42,555 bases of DNA, taken from Nitrosopumilus sp. (GTDB lineage Archaea; Thermoproteota; Nitrososphaeria; Nitrososphaerales; Nitrosopumilaceae). The stretch spans positions 1 to 42,555 of the forward strand of contig JBFIEJ010000001.1 of the NCBI GenBank assembly GCA_041603475.1, given 5' to 3'. Position 1 is the first letter of the stretch, and every line of letters begins with the position of its first letter. Below are positions 18,374-27,662 of the stretch, one piece after another. Both the position numbers and the translations under genes were made by a program. The notes under the pieces are model-generated. The model did not search any database, was not told the DNA's origin, and saw only the letters and a list, made by a program, of their open reading frames with translations.

Positions 18374-19453
18374 ATGAAAGCAGTTGTTTACAATGAATAC
18401 GCACCAGATGATAATTATTCTAAAATCCTCAAAGTCCAGGATATAGATGAACCAAAACCAAAAGCAGATGAGGTAATTTTTACCAATAAAGCATCCGCAT
18501 TAAATTATAATGATATTTGGGGAATGAGAGGAGTACCAGTTGCAGTTCCACTCCCACATGTTTCTGGATCTGATGTTGCAGGAGATGTAATTGCAGTTGG
18601 TGAAGATGTAACTAATTTTAAAGTAGGTGACAGAGTTGTTTCTCATTCTAATTTGGCATGTAGAGTTTGCAAGGCATGTACTGATGGAAGAGAATTTGAT
18701 TGTATCAAAAGACAAGTTTGGGGTTTCCAGACTGGACCTCTTTGGGGTGCATACTCTGAACAGATTCATTTACCAGAAGTTAATGTTTCCAAAATTCCAG
18801 AAGGAGTTTCATATGATGATGCAGCTGCTGCATCAATGACTTTGTTGACATCATGGCATATGCTTGTCGGCAGAGCAAAAATCACTCCAGGACAAACTGT
18901 CTTGATTATGGGTGGTGGTTCTGGAGTTGGAAGCTTTGGAATTCAAATAGCAAAACTCTACAATTGTGATGTAATTGCAACTGCAAGTCCTGATAAATTA
19001 GATAAATGTCTAGAACTTGGTGCAGATTATGCAGTAGACCACAGAAAAGACGACTGGAGTAAAGAAGTCTTTAAGATATCCAAAGAAATTGCAAAAACAA
19101 AAGGTGAAGCACCTGGAATTGATATTGCATTTGATCATATTGGTGAAACCCACTTCAACAAACAACTAACATTACTGAAGTATGGTGCATCTCTTGTCTC
19201 ATGTGGAGCTACAACAGGTTATGACGCAAATATAGATCTTAGACACATATTCTTCAAAGGAATTAACGTCTTAGGTTCAACACAAGGAACCAAAGCTGAA
19301 CTTGATCAAGGCCTTTATTGGATGGGTCAAGGAAAAATCAAAGCTGCAATTGATTCAACATATACATTTGAACAAGCAGCAGAAGCTCACACAAAGATGT
19401 TAACCGGAAAAGGAATGTTCGGAAAAATCTTAATGAAGCCAGAAGGCGCTTAG
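18374..19453 (+). CDS. MDR-family reductase, enoyl-CoA (acryloyl/crotonyl-CoA) reductase-like
   Basis: ALNYNDIW and HVSGSD (no catalytic Zn ligands), structural CxxCxxCx7C, GGGSGVG nucleotide loop. Confidence 0.8.
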   Translation: MKAVVYNEYAPDDNYSKILKVQDIDEPKPKADEVIFTNKASALNYNDIWGMRGVPVAVPLPHVSGSDVAGDVIAVGEDVTNFKVGDRVVSHSNLACRVCKACTDGREFDCIKRQVWGFQTGPLWGAYSEQIHLPEVNVSKIPEGVSYDDAAAASMTLLTSWHMLVGRAKITPGQTVLIMGGGSGVGSFGIQIAKLYNCDVIATASPDKLDKCLELGADYAVDHRKDDWSKEVFKISKEIAKTKGEAPGIDIAFDHIGETHFNKQLTLLKYGASLVSCGATTGYDANIDLRHIFFKGINVLGSTQGTKAELDQGLYWMGQGKIKAAIDSTYTFEQAAEAHTKMLTGKGMFGKILMKPEGA

Positions 19454-19460
19454 TCATTTA

Positions 19461-20315
19461 ATGACACAGCTTTTCCGAAGTCTCATTTTTGTTCCAGGTA
19501 ATAATCCAAGATTTCTGGAAAAAGCAAAAACCATTCAAGCCGATATAGTTTGTTTTGATTTAGAAGATTCTGTACCAGATAATGAAAAAGTCAAAGCAAG
19601 AAATCTTATAAAATCTGCATTAAAATCTAGAAAATCATACCAATCCTCAATTTTTGTACGCACAAATTCCCCATTATCTGGAAAAGTTCCATCTGATCTT
19701 AAAGAAATCATCCAAAAAGGCATTGATGGAATCGTAATTCCCAAAGTAAACAATGTTTCAGAATTAAAAAAGATAGTAAAATCTCTAACTAGTTTAGAAA
19801 AGACTCGAAAATTAAAACCCACTCAAATAATCCCATCAATTGAATCTGCTGAGGGAGTTGTTAATACGTATAACATAGCATCATTTGGAAAACGAGTCTC
19901 TGCTGTAGTCTTTGGCGTCTTTGATTTGTTAAATGATATGGGTGTTGAATATACCAAAAATTCTGAAGGTGAAAAATACTCTAGAGGAAAAATTCCTTTG
20001 GATTGCCATGCAGCCGGAGTTTCATCTATTGATGCAATTTGGCAAGATCTTAAAGACTCTAAAGGATTTGAAAGGGATTGCAAACTTGGTAAAAGCCTTG
20101 GCTATTCAGGAAAAAGCATTATCCATCCTGATCAAATATCTGTAGTTCACAAATTATTTCATCCAAACAAAGGAGAAATCTTATGGGCCAAAAAAGTCTG
20201 TAAAACCTATCTTGAATCAACAAAAAAAGGAAAAGGAGCTACTACAGTTGATGGAAAAATGATTGATGAAGTACATTTCAAACAAGCAAAAGCATTACTA
20301 GATCTAGTAAAATAG
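19461..20315 (+). CDS. CitE-like CoA-ester lyase (HpcH/HpaI aldolase/citrate lyase family)
   Basis: RSLIFVPG, DLEDSV, IESAEG, GKSIIHPDQI, DGKMID. Confidence 0.9.
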   Translation: MTQLFRSLIFVPGNNPRFLEKAKTIQADIVCFDLEDSVPDNEKVKARNLIKSALKSRKSYQSSIFVRTNSPLSGKVPSDLKEIIQKGIDGIVIPKVNNVSELKKIVKSLTSLEKTRKLKPTQIIPSIESAEGVVNTYNIASFGKRVSAVVFGVFDLLNDMGVEYTKNSEGEKYSRGKIPLDCHAAGVSSIDAIWQDLKDSKGFERDCKLGKSLGYSGKSIIHPDQISVVHKLFHPNKGEILWAKKVCKTYLESTKKGKGATTVDGKMIDEVHFKQAKALLDLVK

Positions 20316-20332
20316 TATGTTCTATAGCTTGA

Positions 20333-20944
20333 CTATTCCAATGATTCAAGAATTGATTTCATACTGGTACTCTTAGAAAATACTTTCTTTGATACAATTC
20401 CATTAACTATCGTTTTATCTTTTTTAATATCTAATTTAATTTCCTCAAATACACATTGGAGTTTAGAGATTTTTTTACTTTCACTTAAAATTTTTCCTGA
20501 TTCTATTATAATCCCACTTAAAATCAAATTTTCAATTTTTCTATAACCTGAAGTCTTTGGAACTTTAGCTTCTTTTAGAATTTTTGGAATTGTATATTCA
20601 TTATCTAATAATGTCGAAATAATTTTTCTTGTTTCAATATCCGCAAATATTTCTAATATTAAATCAGAAAGTTTTTGATTAGTAATAGAAACTAAAAATT
20701 TATCATCTTTCTTTTTTACTTTAAGTATTTTATTAATACAATCCTTTTCAAATTTACTAACATTAATTTGAGAATTTTTTTTTAAAACACTAGTAAATTT
20801 CTGAAAATGTTCTATAGATAATTTTATTGACATCCCATGCTCAAGAAACAATTCACGTTCTACACTCTTCAAAATATCAAGATTTAATCTACTTTTGATC
20901 TCATTTGTTAATTCTGATGATATTAGCCTGTCAATACCACTCAT
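20333..20944 (-). CDS. Winged-helix transcriptional regulator (C-terminal HTH)
   Basis: RKIISTL...TIPKILKEAKVPKTSGYRKIENLILSGII. Confidence 0.75.
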   Translation of the reverse strand: MSGIDRLISSELTNEIKSRLNLDILKSVERELFLEHGMSIKLSIEHFQKFTSVLKKNSQINVSKFEKDCINKILKVKKKDDKFLVSITNQKLSDLILEIFADIETRKIISTLLDNEYTIPKILKEAKVPKTSGYRKIENLILSGIIIESGKILSESKKISKLQCVFEEIKLDIKKDKTIVNGIVSKKVFSKSTSMKSILESLE

Positions 20945-21002
20945 ATCATAGGCTTGAATATGGAAAATATTAAAGCACCGCTTTTCTAACTATGATCAGA
21001 AA

Positions 21003-21353
21003 ATGACTAAATCAGTAATTGTTATAGATGATGATGAAGATACTGTTAGATTATTTAGTGAATTTCTTGAAGAAAATGATATCAACGTAGTTGGAAATGG
21101 ATTTGATGGTATTACTGCTGTAAAATTATTCAAACAAACAAAACCTGATGTTGTGCTCATTGATCTTAACATGCCTAATGGCAGTGGATTTTATGCAATT
21201 AAAAAAATTCAAAGTATTGATCCTAAAGCAAGAATAATAGCAGTTTCAGCAGATGGAAGTTATTCTACTGAAGAAAAATTAGATAAGCTAAACATCCCGC
21301 TAATCCAAAAACCATTTAGAATGGATAAAGTAGTATCAATTATCCAGAACTAA
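21003..21353 (+). CDS. Stand-alone response regulator receiver (CheY-like)
   Basis: IDDD, phosphoacceptor IDLNMP, VSA, QKPF. Confidence 0.92.
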   Translation: MTKSVIVIDDDEDTVRLFSEFLEENDINVVGNGFDGITAVKLFKQTKPDVVLIDLNMPNGSGFYAIKKIQSIDPKARIIAVSADGSYSTEEKLDKLNIPLIQKPFRMDKVVSIIQN

Positions 21354-21355
21354 CC

Positions 21356-21377
21356 AAAGTCCCAAAAATGGGACTTT
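21356..21377. promoter_or_regulatory. Perfect inverted repeat AAAGTCCCA-AAAA-TGGGACTTT, putative operator
   Basis: 9-bp arms directly upstream of the TATA-rich tract (about 21381-21398) of the 21417 gene. Confidence 0.6.
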
Positions 21378-21416
21378 TCATATAATCTTATATTATAAAC
21401 TTCATAACAATTTTTT

Positions 21417-21560
21417 ATGAGTAAACGTGTTACAATCATGATTGATGAAGATCTTGATAAAAAAATCAGACTAAGACAAGCAAAGCTGATTCAGCAAGAA
21501 CAGTCATCATATAGTTATTCAAAAGTATTGAATGAAACTCTTAGAAAAGTATTGAAATAA
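21417..21560 (+). CDS. Small ribbon-helix-helix-like protein (47 aa)
   Basis: Not in the ORF track. MSKRVTIMIDEDLDKKIRLRQAKLIQQEQSSYSYSKVLNETLRKVLK; alternating beta-ribbon followed by two helices. Confidence 0.8.
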   Translation: MSKRVTIMIDEDLDKKIRLRQAKLIQQEQSSYSYSKVLNETLRKVLK

Positions 21561-21629
21561 TTCTTTTCTCACTTATTTCCTTTATTAGAATAGGTTAAAG
21601 ACAATGAATTTTATTTAATTTCAAATACA

Positions 21630-22334
21630 ATGGTAAATCTACTTGATCCTTCAAACGTCATAACTAGAATGTTTAATGCAGGAAAATATGATGAAATGTA
21701 CGATTATTGTAAGAAAATGCTTGAAAAAATACCCAATGACATGGTGGCTTTACAAAACATTTCACTTTCTTTAATCTATTTGAAAAAATTTGAAGAGGCC
21801 ATTACCTACTGCGATAAGGTATTAGAAATAAAAAAATCAGATTCCTATGCTCTCAAAAACAAAATTTACTCTCTAGAAAATTTAAAAGAATATGAAAAAG
21901 TTCTTGAATTTTGCGATGAAATTTTATCTACAAATCTAAATGATATTTGGGCTCTCAATAGTAAGGGTCTGACATTAAACGAGTTAGACCGTCACAAAGA
22001 AGCTCTAGAATGCTATGAAAGTGCACTTGTAATAGATCCCAATGACGTTACAGCATTAATGAATAAAGCAATTTCTCTGAGTCACCTTGAAAATTATCAA
22101 CAAGCAATTGAATTCTATGACAAAGCACAAACTGTTGATAATAGTTTAAAGGAAATACCTTTAGCAAAATCTAGGTTATTTGAAAAATTAAGAATGCCTG
22201 ATGAAGCATTCTTAGCTGCACAAGGAGTTCTAAACAACGATATGGAAAAAATCATAATGAGTGCCAAAGAAAACAAGTGCACAGTTTTTCATCAATTTTG
22301 TCAGAATGAATTCGAAGAGTATGATTCTAAATAA
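21630..22334 (+). CDS. Tetratricopeptide repeat protein
   Basis: 34-aa periodic AL.NK...L..L....EA...Y...L pattern. Confidence 0.9.
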   Translation: MVNLLDPSNVITRMFNAGKYDEMYDYCKKMLEKIPNDMVALQNISLSLIYLKKFEEAITYCDKVLEIKKSDSYALKNKIYSLENLKEYEKVLEFCDEILSTNLNDIWALNSKGLTLNELDRHKEALECYESALVIDPNDVTALMNKAISLSHLENYQQAIEFYDKAQTVDNSLKEIPLAKSRLFEKLRMPDEAFLAAQGVLNNDMEKIIMSAKENKCTVFHQFCQNEFEEYDSK

Positions 22335-22389
22335 ATAATCAATACAGATTATCTAAATCATTTTATACATAGAATTTGTATCAACGTTA

Positions 22390-22974
22390 ATGTTTACTGG
22401 AATCGTTGAAGGAATTGGTAAGATAGTAAAAATTAGTAAAAATACAAAAAATAGAAGTGCAATCCAAATGACTGTAAATTTAGGAAAGCACTCTAAAGGA
22501 TTGAAAATTGGACAAAGTGTTGCTCTAAACGGTGTTTGCCTAACTGCCACAAAATTAAACAAATCTAATTGTATTTTTGAAATGATTGAAGAAACTACAA
22601 AAAAAACAGATCTGGGAAATTTGAAAGTAGGTGGAGTTGTAAATATTGAACGCAGTTTAAAAGCTGGAGATAGATTGGAAGGACACTTTGTTTTAGGACA
22701 TGTAGATGGTGTAGGAGTAATTAAAAAAATTCTCAAAAAACCAAAAGAAGTTCAAGTATGGTTTGAAGTTCCCAAAAGTTTGTCAAAGTATGTTGTGAAA
22801 AAAGGTTCCATTGCAGTAGATGGAATTAGTTTGACAGTAGTTGACATTAAAAACACCCTGGCATCAGTTTCTTTAATTCCTCACACAATTGAAGTAACGA
22901 ACTTTCATACCAAAAAAATTGGCGATAAAGTTAATATTGAAACTGACATTCTTGGTAAATACATTCTAAAATAA
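22390..22974 (+). CDS. ribE: Riboflavin synthase (trimeric, bacterial alpha-chain type)
   Basis: N-terminal MFTGIVE; NGVCLT, GHFVLGHVD, DGISLT, VNIETD. Confidence 0.95.
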   Translation: MFTGIVEGIGKIVKISKNTKNRSAIQMTVNLGKHSKGLKIGQSVALNGVCLTATKLNKSNCIFEMIEETTKKTDLGNLKVGGVVNIERSLKAGDRLEGHFVLGHVDGVGVIKKILKKPKEVQVWFEVPKSLSKYVVKKGSIAVDGISLTVVDIKNTLASVSLIPHTIEVTNFHTKKIGDKVNIETDILGKYILK

Positions 22975-23052
22975 AGCCAATTATCTACAATTTTAGTGGT
23001 AATTACCAGTTTTTTAGTAAACTTTATAATTAGATTGCAGAGATTTTTGTAT

Positions 23053-23718
23053 ATGTCCCTCGAATCTGCCTTGCAATCACTAAAACGTGGAGAATTTGTT
23101 TTATTGTTTGATTCTGCCGGACGAGAAAATGAGATTGATATGGTAGTAGCTGCAGAATTTGCTTCTCCTGAACATGTTGCAAGAATGCGTCAACATGCTG
23201 GAGGATTGTTATGTATTGCAATAGATCATAATTTTGCATCTTCACTTGAATTAAAATACATGCATGAAATTCTCTCTGATTCTACAATTTCTAATAAGGA
23301 GATGATTATGGGTTTGGCACCTTATGGTGATCACCCTACCTTCTCATTGTCAGTTAATCACTATCAGACCTATACTGGAATTACTGATAATGATAGATCC
23401 TTGACAATTCGTGAAATGGCAAATATCTACAATGTTGAAAACAAACAGAAAAAATTTGCTTCATCTTTTAAAACTCCAGGACATGTTCCTTTGTTAATTG
23501 CATCAAAGGGATTACTTGCTGCACGACAAGGACATACTGAAATGTCTGTATATCTAGCCCAACTGGCAGGATTAACCCCCGTTACTGCAATTTGTGAAAT
23601 GATGGATGCTGAGACATATACTGCCTTATCTGTTGATAAAGCAGAGAAATTTGCAAAACAGAATGGAATTCCATTAATTGATGGAAAAGAACTATTAGAA
23701 TACGCCAAGGTGCATTAG
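23053..23718 (+). CDS. ribB: 3,4-dihydroxy-2-butanone 4-phosphate synthase
   Basis: RENEID, TGITDNDR, PGHV, RQGHTE, ICEM; start moved to ATG 23053. Confidence 0.95.
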   Translation: MSLESALQSLKRGEFVLLFDSAGRENEIDMVVAAEFASPEHVARMRQHAGGLLCIAIDHNFASSLELKYMHEILSDSTISNKEMIMGLAPYGDHPTFSLSVNHYQTYTGITDNDRSLTIREMANIYNVENKQKKFASSFKTPGHVPLLIASKGLLAARQGHTEMSVYLAQLAGLTPVTAICEMMDAETYTALSVDKAEKFAKQNGIPLIDGKELLEYAKVH

Positions 23719-23720
23719 TA

Positions 23721-24137
23721 TTGAACATTGCTGTAGTGGTTTCGGAATTCAATGAAGAAGTGACATCTAGGATGCTTTCTGTTGCTATAGAAAAAGCAGC
23801 TTTAATGAAATTAAAAATTACTCATACCTGTAAAGTCCCTGGTGCCTATGATATGCCTATTATTGTAGATTCATTGTTGAGAAAAAAGGAAGTAGATGGT
23901 GTAGTTACATTGGGTGCAATCATTAAGGGTCAAACTAAGCATGATGAAGTAATTTCTCATTCAGCTGCAAATGCTCTAACTGATTTATCAATAAAATACC
24001 AAAAACCTGTTTCTTTAGGCATATCAGGTCCAGGAATGCAAGAAAGACATGCATATGCCAGAATTAGACCTGTGGCAGAACGTGCAGTAGAGGCAGTTGT
24101 TAAAATTGCTACTGAACTTGAAAGGATAAGAAAATGA
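23721..24137 (+). CDS. ribH: 6,7-dimethyl-8-ribityllumazine synthase
   Basis: VSEFN, VPGAYDMP, LGAIIKGQTKHD. Confidence 0.95.
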   Translation: MNIAVVVSEFNEEVTSRMLSVAIEKAALMKLKITHTCKVPGAYDMPIIVDSLLRKKEVDGVVTLGAIIKGQTKHDEVISHSAANALTDLSIKYQKPVSLGISGPGMQERHAYARIRPVAERAVEAVVKIATELERIRK

Positions 24138-24886
24138 TTCAACTTAGTATTTTAAAAATTAGTGGGTATGGACCTTGGACTTTAACATTGGGTAGTGACA
24201 GAGAGCACGAATTACAAATGCTTCAAGCAGCATTGTATAAAGAAGTACAAAAATTATTTTCTGAAAAAAACTGTTTGGTGTTTCTCAACCGTGCAGATGA
24301 ATTTTTTGTAGTTTCAAATGGAATTGAATTAGATGATCATATTGAAATTCAAAAATCACTAGAAAAATTATTTGATGTACGTCTGACTATTTCTATTGGT
24401 TATGGTGAATCTCCTTTTGATGCAAATTTGAATGCATATGAGGGAAAGAAAACTGAAATAATTTTGAATAAAGAACATAATATTTTTGGTTTTGTTAATG
24501 GAAAGACTGATTCAAAAGTTTCTATAATGCATTTAGATGTAGATGATCTTACTTCGAGAAGAAAAACAAATTCACCTTATGAAATTTCATCAACTATTTT
24601 TGAACTATATTCAAAGATGTCAAAATTTTTCCTCCAAAAAAACTCGCTTACATTTTTTATGGGAGGTGATAATTTTATGGTAATAGCATCAGATGAGGCA
24701 AAAAATTCTGTCAAGAAATTTATTGATATGATTAAGTCTGATGATGATATTTCATTGAATTGTGGTATCGGTAATGCTTCTACAGGCAGAGAAGCTGTAA
24801 AATTAGCCACAAAATCACTTGACACAATTAGAGAAATTCGAGATTCAGGAAAAGACAAACCTGAAGTTTATGAATTATCATGTTGA
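24134..24886 (+). CDS. gch3: GTP cyclohydrolase III
   Basis: GYGPWTLTLGSDREHELQMLQA and FMGGDNF motifs; riboflavin cluster context. Confidence 0.92.
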   Translation: MIQLSILKISGYGPWTLTLGSDREHELQMLQAALYKEVQKLFSEKNCLVFLNRADEFFVVSNGIELDDHIEIQKSLEKLFDVRLTISIGYGESPFDANLNAYEGKKTEIILNKEHNIFGFVNGKTDSKVSIMHLDVDDLTSRRKTNSPYEISSTIFELYSKMSKFFLQKNSLTFFMGGDNFMVIASDEAKNSVKKFIDMIKSDDDISLNCGIGNASTGREAVKLATKSLDTIREIRDSGKDKPEVYELSC

Positions 24887-26070
24887 TCAAAAACATTAGT
24901 GCACTATTAGGTTCTAACTTAGAATTTGTTTCAAATACCAATGTAAAAATTGAAAATCAAAAATTCAAAAAAATTCATCAAAAAATTATTCCTAGTAAAA
25001 ATGAAGAATCAATAGATGGACAAGGACTGCTATTAATTCCAGGTTTCATTAATGCACATACCCACATTGGAGATTCTATTGGAAAAGACGTATCGCTGGA
25101 TAATACTGTGGATCAAAAAATTCATCCTGTATTTGGAGCAAAATCAAAAATTCTTAAAAACACGTCTGATGATCATCTTCTCAATTTTATGAAAAATACA
25201 TGCCATTCAATGATTAGAAAGGGGATCACGACATTTGTCGATTTTAGAGAGGGTGGCTTAGATGGTGTTATTTTACTAAAAAAAGCACTAATTGGAATTC
25301 CTTTACGCCCTATAATTTTAGGAAGACTGGAATTTTATCAAACAGCTTCAGAAATTAAAAAAAACCAAAAATTCCCAAATTCAAAAAATGAGGATCTAAA
25401 ATCATTATTACAAGAATGTGATGGAATTGGATTAAGTGGTGCAAATGAAAATAGCACATCTGTACTTTGCCATTATTCAAAAACACCAAAGATTAGAGCA
25501 ATTCATTCTTCAGAAACCATGCAAAGTGTTTCTAAATCAAAAAAGAATACAGGAAAATCTGAAACATCTAGAGCATTAATTTTGAAACCAAATTTTTTGG
25601 TTCACATGACTTTTGCGACAAAAACAGATCTTAGGAATGCTTCTAAAAAAACAGACGGTATTGTAATTTGTCCAAGAGCCAACTCTTCACTTGCAGAAGG
25701 AATTCCTGACATTAAATTAATGAAAAAGGCTGGATGCACTTTGGCTTTAGGCACGGATAATGTGATGATTAACTCTCCAGACATGTTCAGAGAAATGGAT
25801 TTTCTATGGAAGGCAACCATGGGAATTCATAAAAAAAGAATTGATCCTAAAGAAATTCTTAAAATGGCTACAGTAAATGGCGGTAAAATTTTAAAAAAAA
25901 ATATTGGTGTTATTGAAACTGGAAAAATTGCTGATTGCATATTTCTTGACAAACATGCATTGGATTTAGAACCAATGCATAATCCTTATGCCTCAATTGT
26001 TCAAAGAGCTTCAGAGTCATCAATTAAAGCAGTAATGATTGGAGGTAAAATAGTTCATGGAAAGATCTAG
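24880..26070 (+). CDS. Metal-dependent amidohydrolase (deaminase-like)
   Basis: PGFINAHTHIGD, IHSSE, LVH, CPRAN, LGTDN, GKIAD; overlaps both neighbouring rib genes. Confidence 0.88.
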   Translation: MLIKNISALLGSNLEFVSNTNVKIENQKFKKIHQKIIPSKNEESIDGQGLLLIPGFINAHTHIGDSIGKDVSLDNTVDQKIHPVFGAKSKILKNTSDDHLLNFMKNTCHSMIRKGITTFVDFREGGLDGVILLKKALIGIPLRPIILGRLEFYQTASEIKKNQKFPNSKNEDLKSLLQECDGIGLSGANENSTSVLCHYSKTPKIRAIHSSETMQSVSKSKKNTGKSETSRALILKPNFLVHMTFATKTDLRNASKKTDGIVICPRANSSLAEGIPDIKLMKKAGCTLALGTDNVMINSPDMFREMDFLWKATMGIHKKRIDPKEILKMATVNGGKILKKNIGVIETGKIADCIFLDKHALDLEPMHNPYASIVQRASESSIKAVMIGGKIVHGKI

Positions 26071-26713
26071 ACCGTTTGTGATTTTAAGTGCAGCAACATC
26101 AATTGATGGAAAAATTGCAACTAGAACAGGTGCCTCAAAACTTTCATCAAACCTAGATGTCATTAGAGTTCATAAATTACGCTCCAAAGTTGATGCAATA
26201 CTTGTAGGAAAAAATACTGTATTCAAAGATGATCCAATTTTAACTGTTAGACATGTCAAAGGCAAAAACCCCATTAGAATCATTTTGGATTCTAAAGGTA
26301 GAATACCTGAAAATTCAAAAATTTTACAAACTGCAAATCAATATCATACCATAATTGCTGTTTCTAAGAGTATTAGTAAATCAAATTTGAAAAAACTAAA
26401 CAAATTTCCAGTAGAAGTAATCACTGCAGGTCAAAGTTCAGTAGATGTAAAACAATTGCTAAGCAAACTTTGGAAAAGAAAAATTAAAACAATTCTAGTT
26501 GAAGGCGGTGGAATGATCAATTGGGAATTTATTAAACAAAATTTATTTGATGAAATGATTATCACTATATCTCCATATCTTATTGGTGGAAATGATTCGA
26601 TTTCCTTAGTTCAAGGAAATGGTTTTGGAAAAATATCAAACTCTCCAAAACTACGTCTCAAATCTATCAAGAGGCTCAAAAATCACCTTGTTTTGCATTA
26701 TGCTAAGGTGTAA
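26057..26713 (+). CDS. arfC: 2,5-diamino-6-ribosylamino-4(3H)-pyrimidinone 5'-phosphate reductase (RibD reductase domain only)
   Basis: SIDGKIA, VHKLR, VGKNT..DDPxLT, LVEGGG; no deaminase domain. Confidence 0.9.
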   Translation: MERSRPFVILSAATSIDGKIATRTGASKLSSNLDVIRVHKLRSKVDAILVGKNTVFKDDPILTVRHVKGKNPIRIILDSKGRIPENSKILQTANQYHTIIAVSKSISKSNLKKLNKFPVEVITAGQSSVDVKQLLSKLWKRKIKTILVEGGGMINWEFIKQNLFDEMIITISPYLIGGNDSISLVQGNGFGKISNSPKLRLKSIKRLKNHLVLHYAKV

Positions 26714-26749
26714 GTTATTATACTTTATTTAAAATAAAACTACAAGAAA

Positions 26750-27007
26750 TTGGCAGTAAAAAAGAAAGCTACAACAAAAAAGAAAGCAGCACCAAAAAAG
26801 AAAGCTGTAACAAAAAAGAAAGCAGCACCAAAAAAGAAGGCTACAAAATCAAAAACAAAGAAACCAGCATTTGGTGGTTATGCAATTAATTTTGCAGGCC
26901 GTAAAGAAACTGTAGAACAAGTTTTTGGAAATAAACCAATTGCACCAAGTGAAATGACCAAAAAGATTTGGGCATTTGTAAAATCAAAAAGCCTTTCTAA
27001 TCGTTAA
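26750..27007 (+). CDS. Small basic protein: histone H1-like Lys/Ala repeats plus SWIB-like segment
   Basis: Repeated KKKAAP/KKKATT units; PIAPSEMTKKIWAFVKSKSL resembles the SWIB core. Confidence 0.8.
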   Translation: MAVKKKATTKKKAAPKKKAVTKKKAAPKKKATKSKTKKPAFGGYAINFAGRKETVEQVFGNKPIAPSEMTKKIWAFVKSKSLSNR

Positions 27008-27102
27008 ACCCACTTGTTAACGATAACTCGTTAACTAATTTCATTCTTTTAATTATTTTTAAAAAAATAAGATATAGATATTGGATTAAATGATAAATTT
27101 TA

Positions 27103-27660
27103 ATGTCTACTGCATCCTTACGACGCGATCATGAGTTAATTGAAAAAGTTATCAAAGCAATGGAATCTACAATTCAGCTTTTAAGTGATGGTAAACAAAT
27201 TCCCGAATCAATTCTATTGCCTGTTATTGATTTTTCAAAAAATTTTACAGATGTTTGTCATCATACTAAAGAAGAAAAATCTTTGTTCCCAGCATTAGAA
27301 AATGCTGGTATGCCAAGTAATATGGGTCCTATTGCAATGATGTTAATTGATCATCAACGTTCTAGGGAAATTGGAACTCAAATGGAAGAGTCTGCTAAAG
27401 TTTATCTCTCATCAGGTGATTCAAGTAAATTGATTTCAGATATGAAACAATATGTTGAACATATTACTGAACATCTATGGAAAGAAAATAACCGATTGTT
27501 TATGATGGCAGAAGCTCGATTACAGTATGTTGCAGAAAAAGTAGACAATGAACTAAATCAAATTGAGGAATCAAAACTTAATGAATTAGGAAAATCACGA
27601 AAGCATTATGAGGAATTAGCTGAAAATCTCACAAGAGATGTTTCTCAACAGGGTAACTAA
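27103..27660 (+). CDS. Hemerythrin/HHE cation-binding domain protein
   Basis: DHELI, HHTKEEKSLFP, DH, HLWKEN. Confidence 0.9.
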   Translation: MSTASLRRDHELIEKVIKAMESTIQLLSDGKQIPESILLPVIDFSKNFTDVCHHTKEEKSLFPALENAGMPSNMGPIAMMLIDHQRSREIGTQMEESAKVYLSSGDSSKLISDMKQYVEHITEHLWKENNRLFMMAEARLQYVAEKVDNELNQIEESKLNELGKSRKHYEELAENLTRDVSQQGN

Positions 27661-27662
27661 AT

